NCBI RefSeq assembly: GCF_006345805.1
Contig: NC_043004.1
Location: 4,650,001 to 4,714,000, forward strand
Direction: 5' to 3'
DNA: 64,000 nt
Origin: Octopus sinensis
Lineage: Eukaryota
Part shown: positions 63,290-64,000 of the stretch, piece by piece
How the letters are laid out: the number at the start of each line of letters is the position of its first letter
Position numbering within the stretch: position 1 is the stretch's first letter
Notes under the pieces: generated by a model
Databases searched by the model: none
Seen by the model: only the letters and a program-made list of their open reading frames with translations
What the model was told of the DNA's origin: nothing
Translations under genes and position numbers: made by a program

Positions 63290-63915
63290 GGGGACAACAA
63301 ATCTCCTCAAAGCTCAAGAATTTTTTTATTTTAGGGTTCTTGCAGAACACAGAACAACACTCTTATGCAGGCTGATAATGTGTGTCACAATTTTGAGAGA
63401 TGTTCTTCGACTTCTTTGGTAGCAATTTATCTATTGTGCCAAGTGCACTATTTACCACAGGAACAGTTGTTACTTTTGCTGCATACACTCTCTTCACCTC
63501 TCTGGTTAGGTTTTGATGTTCCTCAGTGTCTTTGGTATCCATTCAATTTTCCATGTGGTATTGCAGAGTCTGTGATCTTAAACTGTTTCTTTCTTTCCAT
63601 ATTTCTTTCTTTTTTTTTTGTCCTATACAATCGTATCTGGTCTTCTTGCTTCAATATTTCAGTCAGTCTCTATTGAAAACTCATATAAAATCATGTAATT
63701 ATTTCACTATCACAGCCACTGGCTCATGCTTACACCACTTTTCTATCATTTTCAATCCACACTCTTGGCTAATATCCCAATACACTGTTTTTACTAGTAA
63801 AGTCTGGCTAGCACTTATATTCTTTTTGTGCTAGCTTACTGCAGTCACTTAAGGAATGATTAATACTTTCATCTTGTTTTCCACAGATTCTGTGTTTGCT
63901 CTCTGATTTTCACCA
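63290..63915 (-). mobile_element. Older R4/Dong-type LINE fragment (zinc knuckle and RLE domain)
   Basis: Minus-strand remnants RICGKQDESINHSLSDCSKLAQKEYK, EKWCKHEP, IEARRPDTIV, PVVNSALGTI. Confidence 0.75.
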
Positions 63916-64000
63916 ATCTTGCTACCTCACTGTATCTTATCCTCCTCCTCCTCTCTTCTCATGACATACAAACTTATTATACTGTTAGAAATTCCTACTG

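Overview
AT-rich eukaryotic (animal) non-coding DNA dominated by (TA)n/(CA)n/(ATT)n microsatellites, several tRNA-derived SINE families and decayed transposons. The repeat repertoire resembles octopus (coleoid cephalopod) genomes, which is an inference from recalled repeat motifs, not a search result. No intact host protein-coding gene, rRNA, tRNA gene or CRISPR array is supportable, and nearly all listed ORFs are microsatellite or SINE artefacts. The recognisable coding remnants are all dead transposon ORFs: a DD34D mariner, a DD37D maT, a Tc1, a Buster/Charlie-type hAT, two RTE LINE fragments and two R4/Dong-type LINE 3' ends. There are also MITEs of the Tc1/mariner, piggyBac, hAT and Merlin types and a non-autonomous Helitron. 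Most worth a second look are three fold-back (palindromic) Penelope-like remnants sitting at (TA)n tracts, minimal hammerhead-ribozyme-like motifs, candidate frame-preserving microexons, a Merlin-type MITE carrying a SINE fragment, closely spaced inverted SINE pairs (possible ADAR substrates) and a ~1.5 kb tandem duplication that may be an assembly artefact. I cannot support a claim of a wholly new biological system. Most repeat boundaries are approximate (about +/-10-20 bp).
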